A stretch of 64,000 bases of DNA, from the UHGV virus genome UHGV-0041314; one strand, 5' to 3'. The stretch comes from a virus. Shown in pieces: positions 28,813 to 37,815 of the stretch. Below the pieces are notes generated by a model. It was not told the DNA's origin. It worked only from the letters and a program-made list of their open reading frames with translations, and searched no databases. Numbering within the stretch: the stretch's first letter is position 1; the number at the start of each line of letters is the position of its first letter. The position numbers and the translations under genes were made by a program.

Positions 28813-29376
28813 ATGAAATGCTATCACGGAACTACCCTCAAAAACTTTGTAAACCTGCTGAATGGTGGCGACAAGCCGGAAGGAATCTGGAACTGCTCCT
28901 ACATGGACGATTGTTTCTACGTTTACCCAATGAACAAGGTTATCAAAACGGAATGTCTGGAAGATGAGGAAGATTCTTATATCCGTGAACGCTGCATTCA
29001 AAACGCTTTAGAGTCTGGACTTATTACGGCAGCTTTCCAAATGGAAACGCAGGACGTGATTGTCATTGAAATGGATATCCCAGAGGAAGAGCTAGAGGAC
29101 GATTATTCTTGTGACAATATGAGCGATATCGCCAGTTTTACCGGATACTTTGATAAGGATTGGATTGTTGGCCTTCACTCGACGAAATTTAGTGCAATAT
29201 ATGCGCCTTTCTTTGTACCTGATACAACTAACCGTAATTTAGGAGATATTGACGAAGATTTGTTAAGTATGGCGAAAATTGTGCAGAATAGCGGGGATTG
29301 CTCTGTGTATTGTGACCTACTGGATAAAATCACGGCAAACCTCACAGAACGCAATTTAAAAGACTTTTTAGGTTAA
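28813..29376 (+). CDS. hypothetical protein (187 aa) with ADP-ribosyltransferase-like N-terminal HGT motif, array gene 11
   Basis: type-A cassette upstream; MKCYHGTTLKNFVNLLNGG resembles the YHGT motif of diphtheria-toxin-class ARTs as I recall it; FYVY about 30 aa downstream; acidic IEMDIPEEE further on. Confidence 0.35.
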   Translation: MKCYHGTTLKNFVNLLNGGDKPEGIWNCSYMDDCFYVYPMNKVIKTECLEDEEDSYIRERCIQNALESGLITAAFQMETQDVIVIEMDIPEEELEDDYSCDNMSDIASFTGYFDKDWIVGLHSTKFSAIYAPFFVPDTTNRNLGDIDEDLLSMAKIVQNSGDCSVYCDLLDKITANLTERNLKDFLG

Positions 29377-29439
29377 TCAGTACAAAGACACCAACTTCCA
29401 ACTTAAGGCCCGTACAGGGCCATTTAGAGGGCTTAAACC

Positions 29440-29673
29440 ATGTTGACAACCATTTATCTCATCCTTTCTATTTGTAACGGTCATTCATGCGATTTTAAAG
29501 GGCTTGAGGAGTTTACAGGGAGTAAAGAAAATGCTATTCAAGTTTGCCAGATAGCAAGACAAGACTATCCCGCCAGTGATGACATTCAATGCTACTTTAA
29601 GACAGAAGATGAAGACGGTATCTATTTTGACAGTGTCGATGGTCAATATGAAATAATTATAGAAAAAGACTAG
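29440..29673 (+). CDS. small Cys-containing hypothetical protein (77 aa), array gene 12
   Basis: own short leader with hairpin GGCCCGTACAGGGCC and AGAGGG RBS. Confidence 0.45.
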   Translation: MLTTIYLILSICNGHSCDFKGLEEFTGSKENAIQVCQIARQDYPASDDIQCYFKTEDEDGIYFDSVDGQYEIIIEKD

Positions 29674-29764
29674 ACAAGCCTGATAAAAGTCTGTAAATTG
29701 TCAATCAACGGGGAGGGAATGACCTTCCCCACTAAGTAAAGTCCTTAAACTAGGAGATTCTAAA
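29674..29764 (+). repeat. type-B intergenic cassette
   Basis: TAAATTGTCAATCAACGGGGAGGGAATGACCTTCCCC hairpin and conserved leader. Confidence 0.55.
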
Positions 29765-30106
29765 ATGGCTTATGTAACTGTAATTACCGATAAAGAGAAT
29801 TCATCTTGGTCAACTCAGGTTAGTGATAAGATGTCACCTATGCAGTGCCTAAAATACTTTGAGCAGTGGAACAAAGGTGAGGATGTAAGCCCCTTTCAGG
29901 TAATGCAAATCATCCATACAGATAACGAAGGGAATAAAACGACACTGAATAGTGAGTACTACGCAAGCCGTTTTGAAACGAGAAGTAAAACAATGAAGAT
30001 TTTACGTGAATCCGGCTATTCTCATATTGCCGCGCTAATCTGGGATGACCTGCTAAAAAGCCAGCGTATCAGCTATGTAAAACCTGAAAAAATATTCATC
30101 AGTTAA
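29765..30106 (+). CDS. hypothetical protein (113 aa), array gene 13
   Basis: type-B cassette upstream. Confidence 0.5.
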   Translation: MAYVTVITDKENSSWSTQVSDKMSPMQCLKYFEQWNKGEDVSPFQVMQIIHTDNEGNKTTLNSEYYASRFETRSKTMKILRESGYSHIAALIWDDLLKSQRISYVKPEKIFIS

Positions 30107-30328
30107 TCAACAACTTACAAAAAACTTTTAAAAAGATGTTGACAATCCCTCTTGACATTGGTAACTTTGTTCGAGGGGGTTTATCTAAAAGGGATTAACT
30201 TAAAAGATTCTTTATAGATAAACTTAAAAAATTGCTTGCAATCAGATATCAAAACAAGTAAATTACTCATCAACGGGGAGGCAATAACCTCCCTACTAAA
30301 TAAAGTCCTTAAACTAGGAGATTCAAAA
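30107..30328 (+). repeat. type-B intergenic cassette with extended upstream region
   Basis: two TTGACA hexamers near 30136-30160; TTGCAA - 17 bp - TAAATT; hairpin GGGGAGGCAATAACCTCCC. Confidence 0.5.
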
Positions 30329-30859
30329 ATGAACAAGTTCAAAGCTATCAACTACATTCGCTCAAATAGTGTCATGTCTAAGCCTGTTAAGGATACCTAC
30401 GAATTTCGTTGCAATGGTGAACACTTTGCTACCATCACCAAATCAAACAACGGGGCTTATTATATCCATCGTCGTAATGTTTCTACGGTTGTAGTTTCTA
30501 ACTTTATGCAAGCTGTAGCGGAACTCCTCCCGCTCTTCTTAGAAAAGTATGCCGTACAGTGTGAAAGTGTTCGTGAATGCACTAAAACAGTGTTAAACGG
30601 TTATCGTATGGCTTATGAGCGCTCTTTAAAGAATCTCAATAAATACTACAAAGCGCCGGAAGGCACTTCATCCACAGCCTACGGGGTAGGGGGCTTCAAT
30701 GTCAGCCTTTACGAAGTGGAAGAAATCGAGCTTTATGACCATCGCCCAAATGGTTACGCTAAGACACTGGGAGAGGGGTTAATGCTGAATATCAAGAACT
30801 TAGAAAAAACTTTAAGAGAAATTGAAAAAGATATTGACGAGACAATCAAAAGTCTGTAA
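30329..30859 (+). CDS. hypothetical protein (176 aa), array gene 14
   Basis: track ORF 30236 begins inside the cassette; ATG 30329 follows conserved leader. Confidence 0.5.
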   Translation: MNKFKAINYIRSNSVMSKPVKDTYEFRCNGEHFATITKSNNGAYYIHRRNVSTVVVSNFMQAVAELLPLFLEKYAVQCESVRECTKTVLNGYRMAYERSLKNLNKYYKAPEGTSSTAYGVGGFNVSLYEVEEIELYDHRPNGYAKTLGEGLMLNIKNLEKTLREIEKDIDETIKSL

Positions 30860-30924
30860 ATTGTCAATCAACGGGGAGGGAATGACCTTCCCCACTAAGT
30901 AAAGTCCTAAACTGGAGATTCAAA
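30860..30924 (+). repeat. type-B intergenic cassette
   Basis: same hairpin and leader. Confidence 0.55.
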
Positions 30925-31188
30925 ATGGAACACGTAGAACTGACCACACTCTTACAAATCGCAACCGACAAGGAAGACGTAGCATTATTTCACCGTATCG
31001 AAAGTGATTTGTTCAATGGTGAAATCATCAAAGAATCTTACGAAGTTGTCGGATTCAAAGATGGTAAAGCATTTGGCTTTTTTGACCTCGACAAAAGCAA
31101 AGCGGTTACAAAGTACGATGTTCTATCTTGTGAGATTCTTACAAAATACAACGAAAAAAGGCTTGCAACATACGCCAACATGCAGTAA
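30925..31188 (+). CDS. small hypothetical protein (87 aa), array gene 15
   Basis: type-B cassette upstream. Confidence 0.5.
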   Translation: MEHVELTTLLQIATDKEDVALFHRIESDLFNGEIIKESYEVVGFKDGKAFGFFDLDKSKAVTKYDVLSCEILTKYNEKRLATYANMQ

Positions 31189-31253
31189 ATTACTAATCAA
31201 CGGGGAGGGATGACCTCCCTACTAAATAAAACCTTAAACTAGGAGATTCTAAA
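31189..31253 (+). repeat. type-B intergenic cassette
   Basis: hairpin GGGGAGGGATGACCTCCC and conserved leader. Confidence 0.55.
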
Positions 31254-31502
31254 ATGGCTACTATCCGCGCAACTGTTAACGAATTCGGCTTTTGCTCTCT
31301 GGATGTTAAATTTGACCTTGTAGGTACTGATAACGCCTTTGAGATGGTGAAAGGTCTTATCAGTCAGACCATCAAAGACTATAACCCTTCTGATGAGTTC
31401 TGGAAAGAAACAAAACAGGAAGTTCTCAAAGATGGTTATTCTTATCACTATTGGGGTGAAAAAATTGTCTCCCTGTACTACGACAAAGAAGGCACTAACT
31501 AA
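31254..31502 (+). CDS. small hypothetical protein (82 aa), array gene 16
   Basis: type-B cassette upstream; two hairpins then T-run downstream. Confidence 0.5.
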   Translation: MATIRATVNEFGFCSLDVKFDLVGTDNAFEMVKGLISQTIKDYNPSDEFWKETKQEVLKDGYSYHYWGEKIVSLYYDKEGTN

Positions 31503-31540
31503 ACGCCGCAACGGGGCTAAATAGCCCCAGATACCTTTAC

Positions 31541-31562
31541 AGCCCCTTAAATGGGGCTTTTT
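31541..31562 (+). terminator. rho-independent terminator ending the small-gene array
   Basis: AGCCCC-TTAAAT-GGGGCT then TTTTT; preceded by second hairpin GGGGCTAAATAGCCCC. Confidence 0.6.
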
Positions 31563-31929
31563 ACGTCTTATCAAATCTCTATACAATCCCTTTCCTTCCC
31601 TTTCCAGAATCTATCCCACTGATTCGATAGAATCTATCTCGTACCTTAAAAGCAATAACTCTATAGTCTACTCTATAACCTCTTATCAAATCAACTTAAA
31701 TAAAAGCCAATAACCCCAGAAAGGGGATGGCCCATTTAAACGCTCTATAAAGCCCTATAACAGCCTTATCAACCTAACTTAAGGGATTGCATTAACCCAC
31801 TCTAAAAAGCCCTTTATAAAGCTTCCTATAGCCTCAAAAGAATCTTATAAGGGTGTAAGCTTTATCATCTCGTTAGTTATCTTGTGAATAACTCAATAGC
31901 CCTTGATAGTCTCTAAAAAGTATGTTATA

Positions 31930-33070
31930 GGGGCTGTTAAGTTACTTTGAAGTTACGTAAAAGAGGCTATAAAGTTACGTAAATGCTAGCCCCCTTAACA
32001 TTTTCTTAACAATTTCTTAACAATCCCTACATAGTTATGCTTTTAAGGCACTTGTTAGCAACTTGTTAGCCCCTTGTTAAATCTCTGTTAAGACCACGTA
32101 AAAGCCTTGTAAGAGTCTTTAGCATAGCCTTTAAAGCCTCTGTAAAGCCCTATAAATAGGTGTCTGTATAGCTGGGGTGTAATTACTAGGAAGAGACTTA
32201 AAAGAGCTTATAAGGAGCTATAGAGAGCTTTTAAGAGGGCTATTTAGAGAATCACTAAGAGAGAGAGGGAACGATAAGAAAAGAGATAGTGACCATGTTA
32301 ATAGCTTGTTAAAAAGATTAAACACTTGTTAGGAACTTGTTAATTATCTTAACAAAATAACTCTTAAAAATTAACTTGTTAGCTCTTGTTAGTCATCTGT
32401 TAAGACTCTGTAAAGCCTATGTATCAACTGTTAAGAACTTGTTACACCCTTGTTAGTTCTGTTAAGAATCTGTTAAGACCTCTGAAGAGATGTTAAGAGG
32501 ATGTAGTAGCTGTTAAGAGATTGTTAAGGATATTTTAAAATTCTGCAAAGGGATGGTAAGGGAGCTGTTAAGGGCTACCAAGCAGATATACATCTTCTAC
32601 AGATATTTTTCAGTTCCTTCAAAGACCCTAAAAAATGACTTGATAGTCCTATTTTATAAAAATTTTAAAATTCTGAATAATTACCTAGACAGTCTTTTAA
32701 AAATACAGGCATAAACAGGCTTATAAGATACCTTGTTAGTACCGTGTTAGACCTTGTGAGATAAGGTCTGTAAAGATATTCCTGTTAAGTTTGTTAAAAC
32801 AGTCTATATAGAGGCTTAGTATTTCCTAGTGAACACCTATAGATGGTATCATAGCTGACATAGAGATTAAGAGGTGTATAGGAGCTTCTAAGAGGGTATA
32901 GAGAGATGGTTAATGTGATTGTATAGGTTGTTAAGAAGGCTTGTTAGAAGAGTGTTTAGAAGGGCTATACAGAGGGGCTATTAAGACCACTAGATAGATA
33001 CTAAGATACTATATAGTACTATATAACTATATATAGAGAGTAAGCTTAAGAAGGTTGTTAAGAAGGGTAG
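31930..33070 (+). repeat. dense array of degenerate short direct repeats (core TGTTA[AG]G / CTTGTTAG) in a non-coding region
   Basis: about 28 forward-orientation copies counted by eye across ~1.1 kb; no ORF of 60 aa or more in the surrounding ~1.6 kb except a shadow ORF. Confidence 0.6.
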
Positions 33071-33169
33071 ATATTTTATTCACATATGATGGTGACCCAG
33101 AGGTTGGGACAACCGATAAAATTTTATAAAAATTAAAAAGCCCCCAATTAAGGAGGCTCTTAAGATATT

Positions 33170-33763
33170 TTAAATCAGTGTTTCCAGAACTGTTTTTAAT
33201 GATGACTTGGTTGTCTGATAAAAATGAGTAAATCCATTGTTGTTATCAAATACCTGCATCATGATATCATCTCCCTTGATTGGGTAAACTCGGATATCGT
33301 AGTGAAAACCATTAAAGACACAAGAACCATTACAGAATAAACTAAAGTCATCCACTGAGATATACTCTTCATGACCTGTGATTTTTATACAAACACCTTT
33401 ACTCGGTCTCTTAGGGTTGATATCTTCCATCACAGACATACTCTGTCCACCAAGAGAGACCATAGTGACTACTTTACGGTTCTTCTGCCTAAAGTACATC
33501 TTAACTTTCTGCAAAGTGTCTTCATAGAACGGATAAGACCTTTCTACAAAGATTCCTTCAAGTGGCTCTTTACCATTTTCAACTTCTCTATTATGCCGTA
33601 CTGCAAAGATAATTTGTTCGAACCAGTCAAGATTTTCTTCGGAGAGTGCTTCCCGAATATCACCCCAATCAAGGACTAGGTAGTTGCCTTCAACATCTTT
33701 TAAGTTATCTTTTTCCATATCTATTATACCATTATCGTAAAACTTGGTAATCTGGGACTGCAA
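33170..33763 (-). CDS. hypothetical protein
   Basis: track ORF starts at TTG; alternative in-frame ATG at 33718; no clear RBS for either. Confidence 0.3.
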   Translation of the reverse strand: MQSQITKFYDNGIIDMEKDNLKDVEGNYLVLDWGDIREALSEENLDWFEQIIFAVRHNREVENGKEPLEGIFVERSYPFYEDTLQKVKMYFRQKNRKVVTMVSLGGQSMSVMEDINPKRPSKGVCIKITGHEEYISVDDFSLFCNGSCVFNGFHYDIRVYPIKGDDIMMQVFDNNNGFTHFYQTTKSSLKTVLETLI

Positions 33764-34196
33764 ACTTGTTGTCTTTGTTTTTAATGAGGTCTTCTTTTGT
33801 TACAAAGAATGTAAGCCCACATAAGTGTGTATAGTGGCTATCATACTCAAATACTTTAAGTAAGTATTCACCATCATCATAAACATGCTCTACTACACCT
33901 TTTGCAACAATCTTTCCAGTCTTGAAATCTTTAAGAGGGTATACATTACCAACTTTAGGAACTGTTTTCATCTCAGGTTCTTTTAGCTTCTCACTAACTT
34001 CTACATCACCTAGTAAGTGAGAACTCTCAAACGCTACGTACTGCATATAAGCTTCTGAGCATTCCCAGATAAAACAATGTACAAGAACCTTAGCAGCATG
34101 TCTTGAGCAATTCAACTTATCACAAATTTCTTTGTACATTTCATCTTTAGTTGAGTTGTCAAGCATTGCTTTTCGAACTATTTCTTTAACTTTCAT
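33732..34196 (-). CDS. hypothetical protein
   Basis: track ORF, ATG start. Confidence 0.4.
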   Translation of the reverse strand: MKVKEIVRKAMLDNSTKDEMYKEICDKLNCSRHAAKVLVHCFIWECSEAYMQYVAFESSHLLGDVEVSEKLKEPEMKTVPKVGNVYPLKDFKTGKIVAKGVVEHVYDDGEYLLKVFEYDSHYTHLCGLTFFVTKEDLIKNKDNKFAVPDYQVLR

Positions 34197-34608
34197 AAGC
34201 TCTCCGAATAACCCTATTAAGCATCTCTAAAGTCAGCTTTCCAGATTCTAAATGTGGCATAATGAGCTTTAAAGCTTCTTCAACATCATGCACAACATCT
34301 ATTATACCTTCTTCATAGGCTTCTACAAGGATATCTTTTACACCGATATAGCCTTCATTGATAAGTATTTGCATATCAAAATCTTTTGATTGCTTATTTA
34401 ACTTACCTCTCCAATACCCATCAGCATTAAAAGATATCACTTCACATTCTTTAAAATCCATATCATCTGCGTTGAATGGAGTAATTATTGTGCATTGGAT
34501 TGGATACTCTACACCAGTGTCATCAACATCAAAGACCTTCACAGAAGTGAGTGGTGTCTTTGTTTTAGAGCAGTAAACTGTCAATCTTTTACCAATAAGC
34601 TCTTTCAT
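34186..34608 (-). CDS. hypothetical protein
   Basis: track ORF; AGAGGG RBS. Confidence 0.4.
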   Translation of the reverse strand: MKELIGKRLTVYCSKTKTPLTSVKVFDVDDTGVEYPIQCTIITPFNADDMDFKECEVISFNADGYWRGKLNKQSKDFDMQILINEGYIGVKDILVEAYEEGIIDVVHDVEEALKLIMPHLESGKLTLEMLNRVIRRAYES

Positions 34609-34661
34609 TTCGCTACCCTCTAAGTTTCTACAAAGGGGCTATCAAGTAACCCCTCAAGTTA

Positions 34662-34886
34662 CTACTCAGACTTTTCAGTCTTCTTATCGGATTTCTTACT
34701 AGTCTTCTTCTCAGCTTTCTGCTCAGGTTCCTTCTCAGAAGTTGCCTTGATAACCATATCAAGAAGCTCTGATAAGTCACTCTTCAGCAAAGTAACAGGC
34801 TGCTCATTGTAGAAGTTTTTGTCAAGATAAACTTTGAACTCTTCTATAGAAGGAAATCCAAAAATTGGTACAGGTGTCTTAATCAT
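34662..34886 (-). CDS. hypothetical protein with Lys/Glu-rich C-terminal tail
   Basis: track ORF; GGAGAG RBS. Confidence 0.4.
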   Translation of the reverse strand: MIKTPVPIFGFPSIEEFKVYLDKNFYNEQPVTLLKSDLSELLDMVIKATSEKEPEQKAEKKTSKKSDKKTEKSE

Positions 34887-34962
34887 TACTTAGTCTCTCC
34901 ATAGGCATCTTTCAAGATTGCCTTGTTAATCATTTCAGCGATTGCAAAACGAACACATACAG

Positions 34963-35466
34963 CTATAATTGTAGGTTGCATTCTTTACTTACCTCTTCAA
35001 GTTTAACCTCAGAATCCTTAAGTCGTTTCTTATGAACTCTGAATCTTATTAGTGAGATGATGATACCAACTAAAGGAGCAGCATACAAGTACCAAACATC
35101 ATATACCTTTGCAGTAATCTGTGTAATGGTCAAGTCTTGAGCTATGTAGCTGATTGCTGAGACGGCTAGTAATGTTGCTAAGAAGAAAACCAGTATCATA
35201 ACAATATTCAGACAACCTCTGGCATGGTATTCATGCTTAATGCACTTATTCTTCTCTTCAACAACCCTGTTGTAGTCATTTGTAAAGTCTCTGTAGAAAG
35301 CTTTCAAGTATTCTTGACTGTAGCCTTCAAAGCAACCTGTACCGTACCAATAATCACCACCGAAATGTGCTATGATACCAGTATCTCCATTTGGTTTGGT
35401 TACTTTCAAAGAAGTATGATGGCGAGTGTCCTGATAATCTATCTTATATCTTTCTTCGTAAATCAT
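34963..35466 (-). CDS. membrane protein (two TM helices in C-terminal half)
   Basis: track ORF; GAGAGGG RBS; hydrophobic segments LNIVMILVFFLATLLAVSAI and LYAAPLVGIIISLI. Confidence 0.4.
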   Translation of the reverse strand: MIYEERYKIDYQDTRHHTSLKVTKPNGDTGIIAHFGGDYWYGTGCFEGYSQEYLKAFYRDFTNDYNRVVEEKNKCIKHEYHARGCLNIVMILVFFLATLLAVSAISYIAQDLTITQITAKVYDVWYLYAAPLVGIIISLIRFRVHKKRLKDSEVKLEEVSKECNLQL

Positions 35467-35681
35467 TTTTCAATCCCTCTCAATCGTTTGTTCCACTCAA
35501 GGTCAACAAGTCTTTGCAGGACTTTCCCTCTAGGTGTTACACCTTTTAAATCTGCATCATAGCAATGGTAAAAGTCACCTTCAGCGTGTTTACCGTAGCA
35601 TTTTCTGATGTTCTGACTCCTACGATACTGCTCTAATAGGGACAGTTTGTAGTAATCTTCAACTGTAGTTAGTTTTTTCAT
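35463..35681 (-). CDS. hypothetical protein
   Basis: track ORF. Confidence 0.35.
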   Translation of the reverse strand: MKKLTTVEDYYKLSLLEQYRRSQNIRKCYGKHAEGDFYHCYDADLKGVTPRGKVLQRLVDLEWNKRLRGIEK

Positions 35682-35764
35682 TCTTTCACCACGTATCTTC
35701 TCAAGAAACTAAAAAGGGAACTACCTCTCGATAGCTCCCATCATAGTTAATGTTGTATATTCGG

Positions 35765-36346
35765 TCAAGAGTATTTTTTAGGCAGTAATGCACTGCGCTT
35801 GTTGCTCTCTTCACTCAATAGTGCGATAAACTCATCACCTTTCCCTTTCCACGGGCTGAATGTAGGGATGTGCTCCCTGATAGCATCAATCACTGTTTTC
35901 AGGGCGTTGTTCTTTAACCACCAATCAGACACTGCCGAAGCTACAATGTAATAAGCACCATCATCTGTGAAGATTGGCTCGGAGATACATGGTGAAATCA
36001 TGGTAGTAATGATAGAACCATTATTCATGTAGTATGTTCTTTTTTCAACCTTGTCAAGAAGCTTATGAAGGTCTGCAAAGAGACTCACCACCTCTTTATG
36101 GTCAATATCTTTTTCAAGATTTGCTCTGTATTTTAATAGTGCAGCATCAACCTCTTTATCATTGAATTTGAAGTATTGGACTTCTTCATTCACACATACG
36201 CTGATGTTGTTGGTGTTTATCGTCAATTTGCACAGTTTGACTGGAGAGTTGATGTTGGTCTGAAAAAGTGCTACACAGCCTTCTACATTCCCGAAATGCT
36301 TGACTAATGTAACTTCTGGTTGAATGTGTTCATGCTCTTCTGACAT
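35765..36346 (-). CDS. hypothetical protein
   Basis: track ORF; GAGGA RBS. Confidence 0.4.
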   Translation of the reverse strand: MSEEHEHIQPEVTLVKHFGNVEGCVALFQTNINSPVKLCKLTINTNNISVCVNEEVQYFKFNDKEVDAALLKYRANLEKDIDHKEVVSLFADLHKLLDKVEKRTYYMNNGSIITTMISPCISEPIFTDDGAYYIVASAVSDWWLKNNALKTVIDAIREHIPTFSPWKGKGDEFIALLSEESNKRSALLPKKYS

Positions 36347-36690
36347 TATAGTTTCCTCATTAAATACTTTTTAAGTTGTGTGTTAGGTTTCTCAAAAACT
36401 TCTATAGAAGATATCTTGACAGACTCACCACGCATACCTGTATGTTTGAATATATAGTACTCTAACATCCCTATATACTTTGCTGGTAAGTCATGTTTGA
36501 CATACACCGTTACAGAATCTTCAAATTCAACAACCTTTGTACCATCCTTGTAGTTAAACTCTCTAGGGTGGTTGTAGTTATCAATGTCATACATTAAAAA
36601 GAGTCTTTTCCGTTGCATGTCAAGCTTATTGGTTAAAGACTCTTTGATATCTGAGAAGTTTTTGTACACTGTGACATGGAGCTTATTCAT
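36346..36690 (-). CDS. hypothetical protein
   Basis: track ORF. Confidence 0.4.
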   Translation of the reverse strand: MNKLHVTVYKNFSDIKESLTNKLDMQRKRLFLMYDIDNYNHPREFNYKDGTKVVEFEDSVTVYVKHDLPAKYIGMLEYYIFKHTGMRGESVKISSIEVFEKPNTQLKKYLMRKL

Positions 36691-36976
36691 CGTTAAACTC
36701 TCTGACGAAGAAATAGTTGACTTTATTATTACCTACCATAAGGTCAAAGCAGGTATTCTCAAAAGGTTTGTTGTAGGCATCGTATGAAGTGTACGTATCA
36801 GCTACTTGTTTAGTATTGAGCTTTTTACTTGATGGGTTTAAGAGGCCACCATATAGTTTCTTGATAGCCTCTTCTACAACAGACCAGATGATTTCGTCAG
36901 TAATTTCTTCGTACAGGTCAAGTTCACGCTCTAGTGAGAAGTCACAAATAGGGAAGATAACCTGTACTTTGCTCAT
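36683..36976 (-). CDS. hypothetical protein
   Basis: track ORF. Confidence 0.4.
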   Translation of the reverse strand: MSKVQVIFPICDFSLERELDLYEEITDEIIWSVVEEAIKKLYGGLLNPSSKKLNTKQVADTYTSYDAYNKPFENTCFDLMVGNNKVNYFFVREFNDE

Positions 36977-37374
36977 TAACGAATAACCTGTGAGACTTGT
37001 ATTGCTTCAGTTACAGACAAATCACCAACTTTCTCTTCTTTGATGAAAGTAAAGGTGAGTTCAACAGGTTCTTGCTCTTCTTGCTCAACTGGAATACCGT
37101 TAAGCTCATCAAAGATTGATTGGGTAGTCCAGTCTTCTCCACCATCTGGATAGTGGATGGCATAAAGAGGGAACTCTTTATCAAACCAACCAAATACAGG
37201 GCATCCATCTTCATCATCTCGCACTCGATGAAGGGTGCTTCCAGACCCTGTAAAACGAAGGAATAAATCTCCGTTGCACTTGAATATTACTGCGTCGGCA
37301 AAACCAATGTCTTCTCGACAATCATGACCAAATGTGTCCACCTTTACTTGAATATCTCGAACATCTTTATTCAT
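36976..37374 (-). CDS. hypothetical protein
   Basis: track ORF; GAGAGAGG RBS. Confidence 0.4.
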   Translation of the reverse strand: MNKDVRDIQVKVDTFGHDCREDIGFADAVIFKCNGDLFLRFTGSGSTLHRVRDDEDGCPVFGWFDKEFPLYAIHYPDGGEDWTTQSIFDELNGIPVEQEEQEPVELTFTFIKEEKVGDLSVTEAIQVSQVIR

Positions 37375-37765
37375 AAAAACCTCTCTCTGCTTGTTCGATT
37401 TTTGCTCTTAAAGTTTCGCAATGCTGTAAATGGTAGTTAGCTTCTTGTTCATGTGTTGCTAACTGCCTTTCCAGAACAGTTTTATAGTAACCTGCAAGTT
37501 GCTCTTTTGTCAATGGGTGCTCTGAAATAATATCAAGTCCACTTTCACCAAGAGGATTGAATTGTCCATGCTCATTGACATTGTAAGTCTCAAACTTGAA
37601 CATACCATTGTTCACAGACTCAATAGGTGACAGTTCAACAAGCTCTACAGTAAACCGTGTATACACCTTGTCGCCTCTTGAAACTACATTGTTTCCAATG
37701 ATGCGTACAAGTGAACCGTTACGAGTGTACTTAAAAGTCCCAAAGTCACTAGCCCAAAGTTTCAT
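37367..37765 (-). CDS. hypothetical protein
   Basis: track ORF; strong TAAGGAG RBS. Confidence 0.4.
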   Translation of the reverse strand: MKLWASDFGTFKYTRNGSLVRIIGNNVVSRGDKVYTRFTVELVELSPIESVNNGMFKFETYNVNEHGQFNPLGESGLDIISEHPLTKEQLAGYYKTVLERQLATHEQEANYHLQHCETLRAKIEQAERGFYE

Positions 37766-37783
37766 AGTTTTCTCCTTAGAAAA

Positions 37784-37806
37784 TAAAAAGGCTCCCGAAG
37801 GAGCCT
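37784..37806 (-). terminator. rho-independent terminator (minus strand) downstream of lysozyme gene
   Basis: minus-strand GGCTCC-TTCG-GGAGCC then TTTTT; same hairpin sequence as 21889. Confidence 0.55.
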
Positions 37807-37815
37807 ATGAAGATA

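Noticed and set aside
24940-31565. Regularly spaced ~90-bp near-identical repeats separated by unique sequence, superficially CRISPR-like
   Set aside because: Repeats are far longer than CRISPR repeats, come in two families, contain promoter and RBS elements, and the intervening unique segments are 150-560-bp protein-coding ORFs of variable length.
31239-31586. 115-aa minus-strand ORF overlapping array gene 16
   Set aside because: Antisense to a cassette-preceded plus-strand gene and runs through the plus-strand terminator; no RBS.
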